From Mantamonas sphyraenae STR306 (lineage: Eukaryota; Protista; CRuMs), in NCBI GenBank assembly GCA_026936335.1, contig JAPMXV010000018.1:186001-250000 (forward strand): a DNA stretch of 64,000 nucleotides, read 5' to 3'. Positions 1-10,687 of this stretch are shown in pieces. Each line of letters opens with the position of its first letter. Position 1 is the stretch's first letter. The notes below the pieces were generated by a model, which did no database searches, had not been told where the DNA came from, and saw nothing but the letters and a program-made list of their open reading frames with translations. The translations under genes and the position numbers were made by a program.

Positions 1-2171
1 CCGAGGCCCTGCGATTGCAGCATGGTTGCATCCGGCTGCTCGGCTAGGATGTGGCCAATGGCACCGAGGATCATACCCATGCGCATAAACAGTGCCAAAG
101 CAAGGATGTTGAGGGGCACAATGACCAGCAATGACCACAGAAAGCTGGGAAGGATCTTGCGGGAGAGCACCACGGCTGCAATCGCCCACGGACTCATGGC
201 CACTTCCAACACCCAATCAGCTTGCTGTGTGGCTTCTACAACCTTGTCCATGGCCCGTTGCATGACGGCAGCCATCCATTCCACCAGAAGCAGGTTGAAC
301 CGGCTGTTTGAGTCATCCCATCCCCTTGTCTGCGCATCTGCATCTGCATGACGTGAGGGTGTCTTGTCCTCATCGTCATCATCACCCCTCTCATTCTCTT
401 CATCATCTCCATCGAGGCGATCTGCGTCGCCATTGTTTCTGTCATTGTTGTTGTTGTTGTTGTCGTCGTCGTCTTCGTCCACATTCCACCCCGGGAAGTG
501 TGTTCCGGGCGAGGCCGAGATGCCATGGTCCTGGATAACCAGGGTGGGCAACCTATCCCCATTGTGCGCATCCCCACCCTCATGTGTGCCTGATGTCCCA
601 GACACGAGCATGAGCCTGCCAAACGGAGTGAGGGTGCCTGCAACCTTGCGATCGACCAGCTCGTCCTCCAGGAAGCGAAGCAGTCCGTGGCGCAGGGATC
701 GCACCCCCTGTTCGGGACGGTAGTAACGACGCACTATGGTGTCGAGGACCTCGTCCTGCCAGACAAGCTTGATGTGCCAGCGGTCGTAGAGGCGACGTGC
801 AACAGAGTCGAGTTCGATCTGTACGAGTTGGGCCTGTTGGGCGCGTGTGAAGGGCAGGAATGGGACGATGTGTTGGATGCGACCCACGAATTCGGTGCGA
901 TGGAAGGCAGGCACGCGTTTGATCAAACGACGCACACGCGCCTGCACAGCATGGAACCATGCCACAGTGCCAGCCTTGACACTGTCCATGTCCAAAGCAC
1001 GCAACTCCTCCTCGCCCGCATTGGTGGTCATAATAAACACGGCCGGGGAGCAATCCACGGCGCCGCGCTTCTGATCGACAATGCGACCCTCGTCAAACAC
1101 AGGCAGCAGCAACTCGGGCACAGCCTCTGGATGGCCCTTTTCCATCTCATCCAGAAGGACCACTGTGTGTGGGTTGTCCCTTAGGGGCATGGTCAGCTGA
1201 CCATCCTTGCCAGCCTCACCAAAGCCCATGGGGGCACCAATCAAGTTGGCAATGTCTTCCCTCTGCTGGAAATTGGCCATGTCAAATCGTAGCAATGCCC
1301 ATGGCTTCTCCCTTTCCTTCTTTGTTTGCTGTTCCTTCTGCTGTTGCTCTTCCAGCAGTGCTCGCAGTCGCTTGGCAACCTCGGTTTTCCCTGTGCCCGA
1401 CGGTCCCACAAACAGGAACACCTGGGGCCGTGTCGAGTCGTGCAACCCTCGTTCACGCTGCTTTACACTGCGTGCAATGAGCTTCAGTGCATGCTGTTGC
1501 CCCACAAAGCCCCGTTGCAGTTTGGCAAGCACCGAGGTTCCTGCTGCGGTTCCCGCTACTCCTCCGCCCGCACGTGCCTCTCGCCTGCGCGTGTGCATGT
1601 CCCACAGGTGTTCCACAAGCACCTCTTTGGTGGGTGTGCACTTGCGTCCGTCTCCATGGTATCCTGGCAGACAGGTGCATCTGTACGAGGCCGGCACCTT
1701 GGCACACGTGGCGTAGGCGTGGCAGCGATGCGTTCCCGTGGCACACTCGTCCACGTCTTCCTCACACACCTCCACTCCGTCCCCTTTGTATCCATCGTTG
1801 CACACACACACATCTCCGTGTTCAACGTGTGCGTGGGTGTGGCACTGGACACGGTGCACTGCGGAAGTGTGGGGGGAAATGGCACTCACGTCAGCACACA
1901 CGCACACACGGCATCTCTACGTCTCACTGGCCATGTGAATGTGTGTCCATGTGTGCGTGGATGGCCACCTACCTTTGTGGTCCACATACAAGTGACCACA
2001 CTTGGCGCAGTATTCGGGTGCGCGTTCGTGGGGCACAAACGAATCACACGGCTTCTCCGCCTCCCACGGGTTGCGTTGGCCATGCACACATCCCACCATG
2101 GTGGCCAACAGTGCCACCATGGACACCAATGACGCCATCCACAGCAGCCCACGCACGATCCCCCGTTGCAT
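1..2171 (-). CDS. Signal peptide + 2 EGF-like domains + ClpB-D2-type AAA+ ATPase + acidic linker + hydrophobic TM segment (3' end runs off the window)
   Basis: Manual translation: ATG 2171, exon1 2171-1973, intron 1972-1859 (GTAGGT..CCGCAG), exon2 open from 1858 to base 1. Ca-binding EGF DVDECATGTHRCHAYATCAKVPASYRCTCLPGYHGDGRKC; Walker A FLFVGPSGTGKT; pore loop LIGAPMGF; Walker B VVLLDEMEKGHP; sensor-1 FIMTTN; RTEFVGRI; GVR; then D/N-rich linker and FLWSLLVIVPLNILALALFM. Confidence 0.8.
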
Positions 2172-2251
2172 TGTGTTCTTTTTGGCCCATCCCGCGCACC
2201 CTCTCTCCTTCTCCTCTGCCTGCCTCCCCACCACCCAACCAATTGCCACCC

Positions 2252-3115
2252 TCACAGCTTGCTCTGTCCCAACTCACGCGAACGACGTGCAGCCGCCTGG
2301 ATTGCCTTGGCAATGACGGTGCGAAACCCACCGGCCTCCAGTTCGTACAGGGCAGCAGCAGTGGTGCCACCGGGGGAGGTGACTTGGTTGCGAAGACTCA
2401 CCGGATGCTTCTTTGCCTCACGAATAAAGGCAATGGAGCCTGCAATGGTTTGGAGCACCAGACGCTCGCTGACACGACGGCTGAATCCGAGCATGACTGC
2501 ACTGTCCACCCAGGCCTCAATGAGCAGGAAGAGATAGGCTGGACCCGTGCCACTGATGGCTGTGGCAAGGTCCATGTAGCTTTCGTGCTCCACGGACAGC
2601 TCATCGCCCACGGAACGCAGGATGGCACCGATGGCTGCCTTTTGACTGCTCGACACACTCGGGGAGCAGCACCACACACTCATGCCCTGAAGCATGGTGG
2701 CTGGCGTGTTGGGCATCACACGTACGATCCTTGGATGGTCACTCCACTTGGTCAGTTGGGCAATGGTGACGCCGGCAGCGATACTGACCAGCAGCGTGTC
2801 CCTGCGTAGGCTCCCAGCCACCCCGATCACCACCTCCTCCATCAGCTGTGGCTTCACACACAGCATCACAATGTCCATGCCCACCACGCCGTCCTTGTTG
2901 TCTGTGCTGGTCACCACGTCCCCAAACTCGGCCTTGAGCTCTTGCAGACGATCCTCCCGTGGCCCAGTGACAACAACCGTCTCCAAGGACAGGCCACTGG
3001 ACGAGCCGCTGCTGCTGCTGCTGCTTCTCTCTTGCTCTCCTTTGGACGAAGAATGCATCAGCCCTTGAAGGATGGCAGCACACATCGTTCCATGGCCAAT
3101 CAAGCCTACTCGCAT
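2252..3115 (-). CDS. PYCR: Pyrroline-5-carboxylate reductase
   Basis: [11 protein letters not shown] Rossmann start, [36 protein letters not shown] motifs. ATG at 3115; the longer ORF upstream overlaps FARSB antisense. Confidence 0.95.
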   Translation of the reverse strand: MRVGLIGHGTMCAAILQGLMHSSSKGEQERSSSSSSGSSSGLSLETVVVTGPREDRLQELKAEFGDVVTSTDNKDGVVGMDIVMLCVKPQLMEEVVIGVAGSLRRDTLLVSIAAGVTIAQLTKWSDHPRIVRVMPNTPATMLQGMSVWCCSPSVSSSQKAAIGAILRSVGDELSVEHESYMDLATAISGTGPAYLFLLIEAWVDSAVMLGFSRRVSERLVLQTIAGSIAFIREAKKHPVSLRNQVTSPGGTTAAALYELEAGGFRTVIAKAIQAAARRSRELGQSKL

Positions 3116-3181
3116 CGCTTCCTGACTTCTCGGAGCTTGCCCCCGACACCGCACACACACCAATCCCCCCCAACACACACC

Positions 3182-5560
3182 ATGCCGACCATTTCTGTGG
3201 GCAAACTGGCCCTCTTTGACATGATGGGCGAATCGTTCACCGACGAGGAGTTTGATGAGCTCTGCTTTGAGTTTGGCATTGAGCTGGACGACATTGTGAG
3301 TCGCCTGCGGTCGGTGTGTTGTTTCCCCTCTGTTCCTTGCCACTGACCCCATGTGTGCGTCCCATCCATCCCAAACTGCACCCACTGTCCACACCACCCC
3401 TTGTCCACCCTCCCCCCTCCCCCCTTCGTTCCTGCACAGACCACCGAGACCATCATCCAGGAAAAGGAGCAGGGCAAGAACACAAAGGGCAAGAAGATGG
3501 CCGAGGAGGAAATCATCTACAAGATCGACGTCCCTGCCAACCGCTATGACCTCCTCTGCATCGAGGGTACGTCAGCGCACCATCATTTGAACATCCCATT
3601 CCAGACCGTCCACGCTTGCCGTTCCCACCTGCCGTCTGCCGTGTGTCTGGCCCAAAGGGCGGCTAGCCTCCATTGGTGCCTTGGTGCATTCTCGCTCACC
3701 CGCTTCCACCCTTGCACCCGTGTTTCTGCACCCACAGGCATTTCTCGTGCCCTCAAGATCTTCCGCAACCGCATGCAGATCCCCAACTACACGATCAAGA
3801 ATGTGGCCGAGGAGCGTATCACCCTCAAGGCCTCCCCTGAGGTACGTGCACATGCTGCTGCGACGGCACTCCGCATGGCGAGTTCCCTTCCCAGCAGCTA
3901 GCCAGCCACACACACACACACACATACACACATGCACTGTGGCACAGCCAATGCACACATCGACCCAGCCACATTGCGTCCACGCAACCCGTGCAGGGCC
4001 CTCTCTGGCGTGTACAGCGACGTGTTGCCCAGCGGCTTCGAGAGGGACTTTTCGGCGATCTGACACCCTCGGGCCGCCTGCACAACCCACCCTTCCCCCA
4101 ACCCCCCATGTGTATGCGCACAGGTGCTGCAAATCCGCCCGTTTGTGGTGTCTGCGGTGCTGCGTGGAGTGACCTTCACAGAGGCGTCGTACAAGAGCTT
4201 CATCGATCTGCAAGACAAGCTGCACCAGAACATCTGCCGCGAGCGCACGCTGGTGGCCATTGGCACGCACGACCTGGACACCATCCAGGGGCCCTTTACA
4301 TACGAGGCCCTTGCGCCTGAGGAGATTGAGTTTGTGCCGTTGAACCAGGAGCAAAAGATGAACGGCGTGGAGCTGATGAACTTCTACGAGAACGACCAGA
4401 AGCTGAAGCATTACCTGCACATCATCCGAGACTCGCCGGTGTTTCCGGTCATCTACGACGCCAACCGTACGGTGCTGTCGTTGCCGCCCATCATCAACGG
4501 GGACCACTCGAAGATCTCGGTCAAGACGCGCAACGTGTTTGTGGAGTGCACCGCCACGGATTACACAAAGGCCAAGATTGTGCTCAACACAGTCATCACC
4601 ATGTTTTCGCAGTACTGTGACGACGCATTCACGTGTGAGGAGGTGGAGGTGACCCAGGGTGACGGCACGGTGGTGACACTGCCCCAGCTGGACGAGTGGG
4701 ACATCGACGCACGTGTCAGCTACATCAACGGATGCATCTCCTCGGAGCTGAACCTGAGTGCAGAGGATTGTTGCGACCTGCTGCTGCGCATGGCTCTGCG
4801 TGCCTCGGTGAAGGATGCGGAAACGCTGACCGTGTCGGTACCACCCACCCGTTCGGACATCCTGCACGAGTGTGACGTGATGGAAGACGTGGCCATTGCC
4901 TACGGATTCAACAACATTGTCAAGCACGTGCCGCAGGTGACCACCATTGGCAAGGAGTTGCCTCTGAACCAGATCACCGACTCGGTGCGCAACGAGATGG
5001 CCCAGGCAGGCTTCACCGAGGTGTTGACCATGGCCCTGCTGTCTCGTGAGGACAACTATGGCATGATCAACAAGCAGGACGACAACCTGGCTGTGACGGT
5101 GGCCAACCCCAAAACCATTGACTACCAGGTGGTGCGCACCTCGCTCATCCCGGGCATCCTCAAGACCATGGAGTCGAACCAGTACAACCCGCTGCCCCTG
5201 CGTCTGTTTGAGGTGTCGGATGTGCTGGAGAAGAGCGACGAGAAGGACGTCGGTTCCACCAACATCCGCAAGGTGTGCGCGCTGTACTGCAACACCCACT
5301 CGGGCTTCGAGAAGATCCACGGCCTGCTCGACAGGCTTATGCATGTGCTCAGCATCCCGGACTCGGAGTACACCCTGGAGGCGTCGGATAACACCACCTT
5401 CTTTGAGGGTCGCTGTGCAAACGTCGTTGTCAAGGGCACCAACGTCGGCGTGATTGGTGTCATCCACCCGCGTGTTCTCAAGAACCTGCACAACTTCCCC
5501 TACCCGTGCTCTGTGTTTGAGGTCAACCTCCAGCAGCTGGAGAGCATGATGTCATCGTGA
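3182..5560 (+). CDS. FARSB: Phenylalanyl-tRNA synthetase beta subunit (cytosolic)
   Basis: Exons 3182-3295, 3440-3566, 3738-3841, 4124-5560. [72 protein letters not shown] motifs. Confidence 0.96.
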
Positions 5561-5644
5561 ATGGGGCGAGTGTGTTGGACCAGGACGCGAGAGGAAGCAG
5601 AGCAAACAAAAACAATCCACAATTGACACGCGTTTGTCGTCGGC

Positions 5645-7155
5645 ATGGTGTGTTGCGCGTTGCTGTGGTGGTCGACGCAGTTGTGTTGACTGGCATGCTG
5701 TCTGCGGTTGCTCATGCTCACACGATGAATGCACACACACACACACACACACACAGATCGAAAACTTCTTTGTGCTGCACAGCGCGGGCACTTGCCTCCT
5801 GTACAAAAACTACTCCGGGATGGAGCTGGACCACAGCCTGGTCACGGGCTTCTTCAGCTCCATGTCCACGTTTACAAACTCGCTCATGAAGCAGAAGCTC
5901 AATGTCATCGAGCTGGACAGCTCCCGCTTTGTGTACCGCGAAACGGGCGACTTTATCCTCGTCATCCAAGGGTCAGTGCACGCCACACGAGACACACACA
6001 CACCACCAGTCACACACCACCTCACACACACGTCCCACCTTGGCTCCGTCACGTTGTGTATGTCCAGGCCATCGAGCGATTCGCAGACGCTGTACGAGCG
6101 CCATCTGAAGGAGCTGGACTACCTCCTCGAGCTGTTCTTTGGACCGCCCTCCAAGTGGGACAAGGACACCCTCACGCTCGATGGCTTCCAGGATGTGGTC
6201 GACGAGACGTTTGAGTATATCAACCATGAAATCAGTGCCCTGGCAGGCGGGGTCCAGCTTGTACGTGTCGTTTTCCTCCTTGCTCTGCCAACGGTTCGCT
6301 GGGCACGGATCAGCGTTTTCCCCCGTCACACAACACACACACACACACAACACACACACTCACTCACACACCAACCGTCATGGCGGTTACCTCCCATGCG
6401 CCGTCCTCACCACAACCCCCTGCCCCTCCCCCACCACACAGGCGTTCATCGATAGTCTGACGCGATCGGCTCTGGACAAACTGCTGCAGGGACTGGAGGA
6501 ACACGAGGACATCCACGGCTCGATGCTGTTGGTGGGCAATTCGGTGTTGCACTCACGGTTGCCATCCATCCAGACACGGCTGGTGTTGCACTTTGCTCGT
6601 GCGCGTCCCCTGGGCTACCTCTCGGTGCGCTCCACACCCGTGTGTGTCAAGAACCGCTGGTACCACCTGGTTGTCATGCGTGTCAAGAGCACCCTGTTGT
6701 GTGTGCTCACCTCCATCCGAGCCAAGTTTGGCGATCTCGAGAGCTACCTGAGTTCGTTTGAAAAGCAGGTGAGCGAAAGCGGTGTCCTGATTCCCAAAGA
6801 GGCCCCTCCGGTCAACCTGCGCCAGTTTGCTGGCCGTGACACCATTGCTTTTGTCTACCGCAACCTGCGCACACACACCATTGTCTGTCCCGAGCTTCGT
6901 CCGGGCCCCGGTTCCGAGCGCAAAAAGACCACCGACGTGTTTGCCCTCCTGTTCAGCAAATCCCGCATGCTCCTTGCTGGCTCGGGGGTCTCTGATCTCA
7001 CCCTTTCCCAAAAAGGGTTCCGTTTCCACTACCTCACCGAAGGTCTCCACGAGATCTACGTCCTGTACACCGATGCCGTCCGCACAAGCGCCCTCGAAGA
7101 GACCACTCTGGACATCATCCACAAAGTCACCGAGATTGCCGACACTGGAGGATGA
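5645..7155 (+). CDS. Longin-domain protein, probably Mon1/HPS1/Fuzzy tri-longin family
   Basis: Exons 5645-5647 (ATG only), 5757-5971, 6068-6260, 6442-7155. N-terminal longin pattern MIENFFVLHSAGTCLLYK..LVTGFFSSM; second longin-like block HGSMLLVGNSVLHS. Confidence 0.6.
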
Positions 7156-7329
7156 TCCCTGCCGCTCTTCCAACAACAACACCTTGGAGAGAGGAAGCAA
7201 ACGAGCAAATCAAGCAAACAAACCAAACCATCTTCCATTCACACCATTCCCATCCCATCCGCGTCGCAACAACACGCAACGGCACCCCCCCGGCCCCCGG
7301 GGGTTGTTGGTGTCGAGGTGTCAAATTCA

Positions 7330-7692
7330 TTACATGGGGCCGGCGTAGAAGCGCTCCAGAAAGTCGCTGGGTCCGTCGTCCTCGCCAGCGAGCTGGTGCT
7401 CAAAGTAGCGCATGACGTGCGACTTCTGCTTCCAAATAGCCAGAGTCTCATGCAGTTCCTGTTGGCCCTGCCACACCAGCAGATCGGCCACAGCCGGGTT
7501 GTTCACGTCGCTGTGTTTGTCCCACTGTGCACGCAGCACGTTCTTCACGTCGTCGTGGTCCACATCCAATTCGTACATGTCCACAATGTACGGCACCGCG
7601 CGCAGCGATTCCCTGTACAGCGCCCGCGCACGTGCGTTCGACTCTTCCAGTGACTTGGACGACACCACTCCGATTGTGTTGGAAGCCGTCAT
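7330..7692 (-). CDS. NDUFA6: NADH:ubiquinone oxidoreductase LYR subunit B14
   Basis: [16 protein letters not shown] motif and [19 protein letters not shown]. Start taken at first ATG 7692; a short upstream exon is possible (AG acceptor near 7733). Confidence 0.88.
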   Translation of the reverse strand: MTASNTIGVVSSKSLEESNARARALYRESLRAVPYIVDMYELDVDHDDVKNVLRAQWDKHSDVNNPAVADLLVWQGQQELHETLAIWKQKSHVMRYFEHQLAGEDDGPSDFLERFYAGPM

Positions 7693-8371
7693 GATCGGCT
7701 TCAGGTTCTCCAGGCGCTTCACAATCTTCGACTGTGGGAATTGGAAAATCCCCCCGCGCCAACAAAGCCACGGCCGGAAAAAACCCACGCCGTGTCAGCT
7801 CCACAGTGCGTGTACACTCCTCGTACATGTCCCTTCCATCCCCCCGTCTCATGGACTCTCCCTTCCTTGCCACACACACCCATCCATCTGCGACTGTGTG
7901 CTGTCCGTCGCCGTGCAACGTGCTGCTTGTCCAGTGCCTTTGCCGCGCGAGAGGGAAAGGCGCCTTTGGACAGCCCCTGAGGCTTGGGTGATGCACACAC
8001 ACACATGACCACCGTGATAACATGCATCCCATGCATCTCCAATCTCTCATACTCTCACCAGTCCACATAGGACTCTCAGTGCTGTGCTACGGCGCACTGT
8101 TGCACGAGCCACATTCACCCGCTCTCCCCCACCCCCTCTCCGTCCCCGTGTCTTCGCATCATCCATTCTCCTCGCCGTCACAACCATGCCCCTCCCCTCC
8201 CCCCCACTCTGTATCTCTCTGTGCTACACAACCACACCTACCATCGCAGAGGAGCAACAAGATGGGGTGTGCCCCCTTGCGTCGTTCCTCCCAAACTCAC
8301 TCCACTTCGTCCGCTTCTGCCCTGCACCTCTTTTCCCTTTCCCCCCCTTCACAGCTGTCTCATCACATCAA

Positions 8372-10150
8372 ATGGCGACGCTGAGACAGGAAAGCGAAGC
8401 CAACCTGCTGCGCAAGGGCTCCGTCATGCTTGTGCGTGACCGACGCGTGTCCTCAGGCGGCAACAAACCCTTGTCTCGTCTGTACAAACCTGCCGACGAG
8501 CTCGAATCCGACGACGGCGACTCTTCAAATGCCATCGGCCGCTCTGGAAGCCCCATTCTGTCCGCCAATGCTGACCTCGATGGCACTGGAACCACCGTCC
8601 AGGCCAAACATCTCGCCAAAGTCGAAACCGTCACCGTCCAGGACCTCGAACGCAGAGGCCAGATGGCGCCTTTCACCCTCATCTTTCAGGACCCGGACTT
8701 TGAAACCGCCTTCCACCATTATTTCTTTGAAAAGAGCATCAAAATCTGCCGTCGCGCCTGCTACATCTCTCTCGGCGCCTTTCTCCTCTTTCAACTATTC
8801 CAGGTGCGTCTCCCATGCCTCTGTTCCTGCCCTCCCCGTTTCCCGTGCATGACTTTGCTTCCAGCCGTTTTTTTTTGGCCACCGGCTCACACTCTTTTCA
8901 CCCCCCCTGCTTCCCCTCGCTTGCCTTGCCTTGCTTTGCCTTGCCCACCTGTGCGTACACCCTATGGTTTGATGTCCACACAGGTCATCGCAGGCACAGC
9001 GCCCAACACAATCGGCCAGTGGGCCTCTCGCATCGGCGCGGTCGTGTTTGTGCTCCTCCTGATCATCTTTATGACCACCGATCTCTTCCGTCACCACATG
9101 CAGCTCAGTCTGAGTCTGACCCTGCTCATTGTGGGCTTGGGTCTCGTTGGCTCCGCGTACTTCTCCCAGGTCACCAACAACGATGGCAGCCTCAAGACCG
9201 AAGTGCCCATCCTGGCCCTCATCATCTTTTTCACCTTTACATACAACCTGGTGCGCCTGCGCTTCATCTTTGCCGTGGTCGTCACCTGGATCACCGCCCT
9301 CTCCTTTGCCGCCGCGTCCATCATTGTGCACGGCTCCGAAACTGTCATCCTGGTCAACTTGGTGTACATCATCTGTGCCTTGCTCATCAACATGTACGCC
9401 GCCTACTCGTCCGAGCGCTACCTGCGCAACGATTATGTGCTGAACCAGGTCATTGAGTTGGAGAGTGACAAGAGCAACATGCTGCTCAAGGAGATGCTGC
9501 CCGAACACGTCGCCCAGCAGCTCAAGGACGGTGCCCTGGGCAACAGCAACGACCTTGTGGCAGAGAGCTACGACGAGTGCACCATCCTGTTTTGTTCCGT
9601 GGCCGGGTTTGCCCAGCTGAGTGATGACATGACCCCTGCCGACCTTGTGCAGCTCCTCAACTCTGTGTTTTCCATCTTTGACGAGGTGTTGGACAGCCAC
9701 GAGGTCTTCAAGGTCGAAACCATCGCAAACACATACATGGTGGCTGCTGGCGTGCCTGAACGCCGCAGCGACCATGTGCGCCTCATCTGCAATGCCGCCC
9801 TTGACATGCTGCGAGCCATGCGAGGCGTCACTCTCGACAACGGCGCACCCCTCAACTTCAAACTCGGCATCCACACGGGCCCCGTCGTCGCAGGCGTCCT
9901 TGGCCTCAAAATGCCTCGCTACCATTTGTGGGGCGACACTGTCAACACTGCCTCGCGCATGTCCAGCACCACCCAGATCAACCGCATCCAAATGTCCTCC
10001 TCTTCCCACCGATACGTCGCCAACGAGTACCGCTTTGACTCCCGGGGCAAGATTCCGGTCAAGGGCAAGGGCATGATGGAATGCTTCTTCCTCGAGGGTC
10101 CCATCGACGACCACCGTCGGCAGCAGTGCGACACGAACACAACCCCTTGA
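8372..10150 (+). CDS. 6-TM class III nucleotide cyclase A (C2/beta-type half; lacks both metal-binding Asp)
   Basis: ATG 8372, intron 8804-8983. Six hydrophobic helices, helical domain KSNMLLKEMLP, cyclase motifs TILFCSVAGF, FKVETIANTYM, GIHTGPVVAGVLG, MPRYHLWGDTVNTASRM, VKGKG. Confidence 0.9.
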   Translation: MATLRQESEANLLRKGSVMLVRDRRVSSGGNKPLSRLYKPADELESDDGDSSNAIGRSGSPILSANADLDGTGTTVQAKHLAKVETVTVQDLERRGQMAPFTLIFQDPDFETAFHHYFFEKSIKICRRACYISLGAFLLFQLFQVRLPCLCSCPPRFPCMTLLPAVFFWPPAHTLFTPPASPRLPCLALPCPPVRTPYGLMSTQVIAGTAPNTIGQWASRIGAVVFVLLLIIFMTTDLFRHHMQLSLSLTLLIVGLGLVGSAYFSQVTNNDGSLKTEVPILALIIFFTFTYNLVRLRFIFAVVVTWITALSFAAASIIVHGSETVILVNLVYIICALLINMYAAYSSERYLRNDYVLNQVIELESDKSNMLLKEMLPEHVAQQLKDGALGNSNDLVAESYDECTILFCSVAGFAQLSDDMTPADLVQLLNSVFSIFDEVLDSHEVFKVETIANTYMVAAGVPERRSDHVRLICNAALDMLRAMRGVTLDNGAPLNFKLGIHTGPVVAGVLGLKMPRYHLWGDTVNTASRMSSTTQINRIQMSSSSHRYVANEYRFDSRGKIPVKGKGMMECFFLEGPIDDHRRQQCDTNTTP

Positions 10151-10346
10151 GGCCGAAGAAGGCTCCTCCACCGCACGCTCCACCAAACGCAGGACGAGCG
10201 CTCAGAACCTGCCAGGTACGTAAGCATGTCATTGTGCAATGTCATCATCATCATCATCATCATCATCATCACGACGCAATGAACACACCTCAGAGAAATT
10301 CTCACGCATTCCATTCCTTTGCTGCTTTCCTTCTCCCCACCACATC

Positions 10347-10656
10347 TCACCAAAACGCACACCAGCCCACATATCCCTGGCACAGGTTCTCGTGCGATGT
10401 GGCCTGACGAATGAGCCTGTCCACCTGATCGGCGACGGGCAGCACACGCTGCGGGTCGAAATCTCGACCCGTCAGCTTGGCGTTGATGCGCGACACAACC
10501 TCCACCGCCCGCTCGTTCAACACCTCTGGCACGGCCGTCTGGCTGGCATCCGATGCAGCACGCTCACGTCCACGTCCTCCTGCTCCAGCGCCTGCCTGTC
10601 GCATGCCCTCGCCTCCGTCGTCTTCGTCGTCATCTTCGTCATCATCGTCATCGTCG

Positions 10657-10687
<31 letters not shown>

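Noticed and set aside
7284-7304. GC hairpin CCCCCGG-CCC-CCGGGGG between convergent genes
   Set aside because: Short, low-complexity and single; there is no evidence of function.
8804-8983. In-frame stop-free introns (also 29218-29307) read through by the ORF track
   Set aside because: They have canonical splice sites, and their low-complexity translation interrupts conserved domains. Stop-free introns are expected by chance at this GC content.
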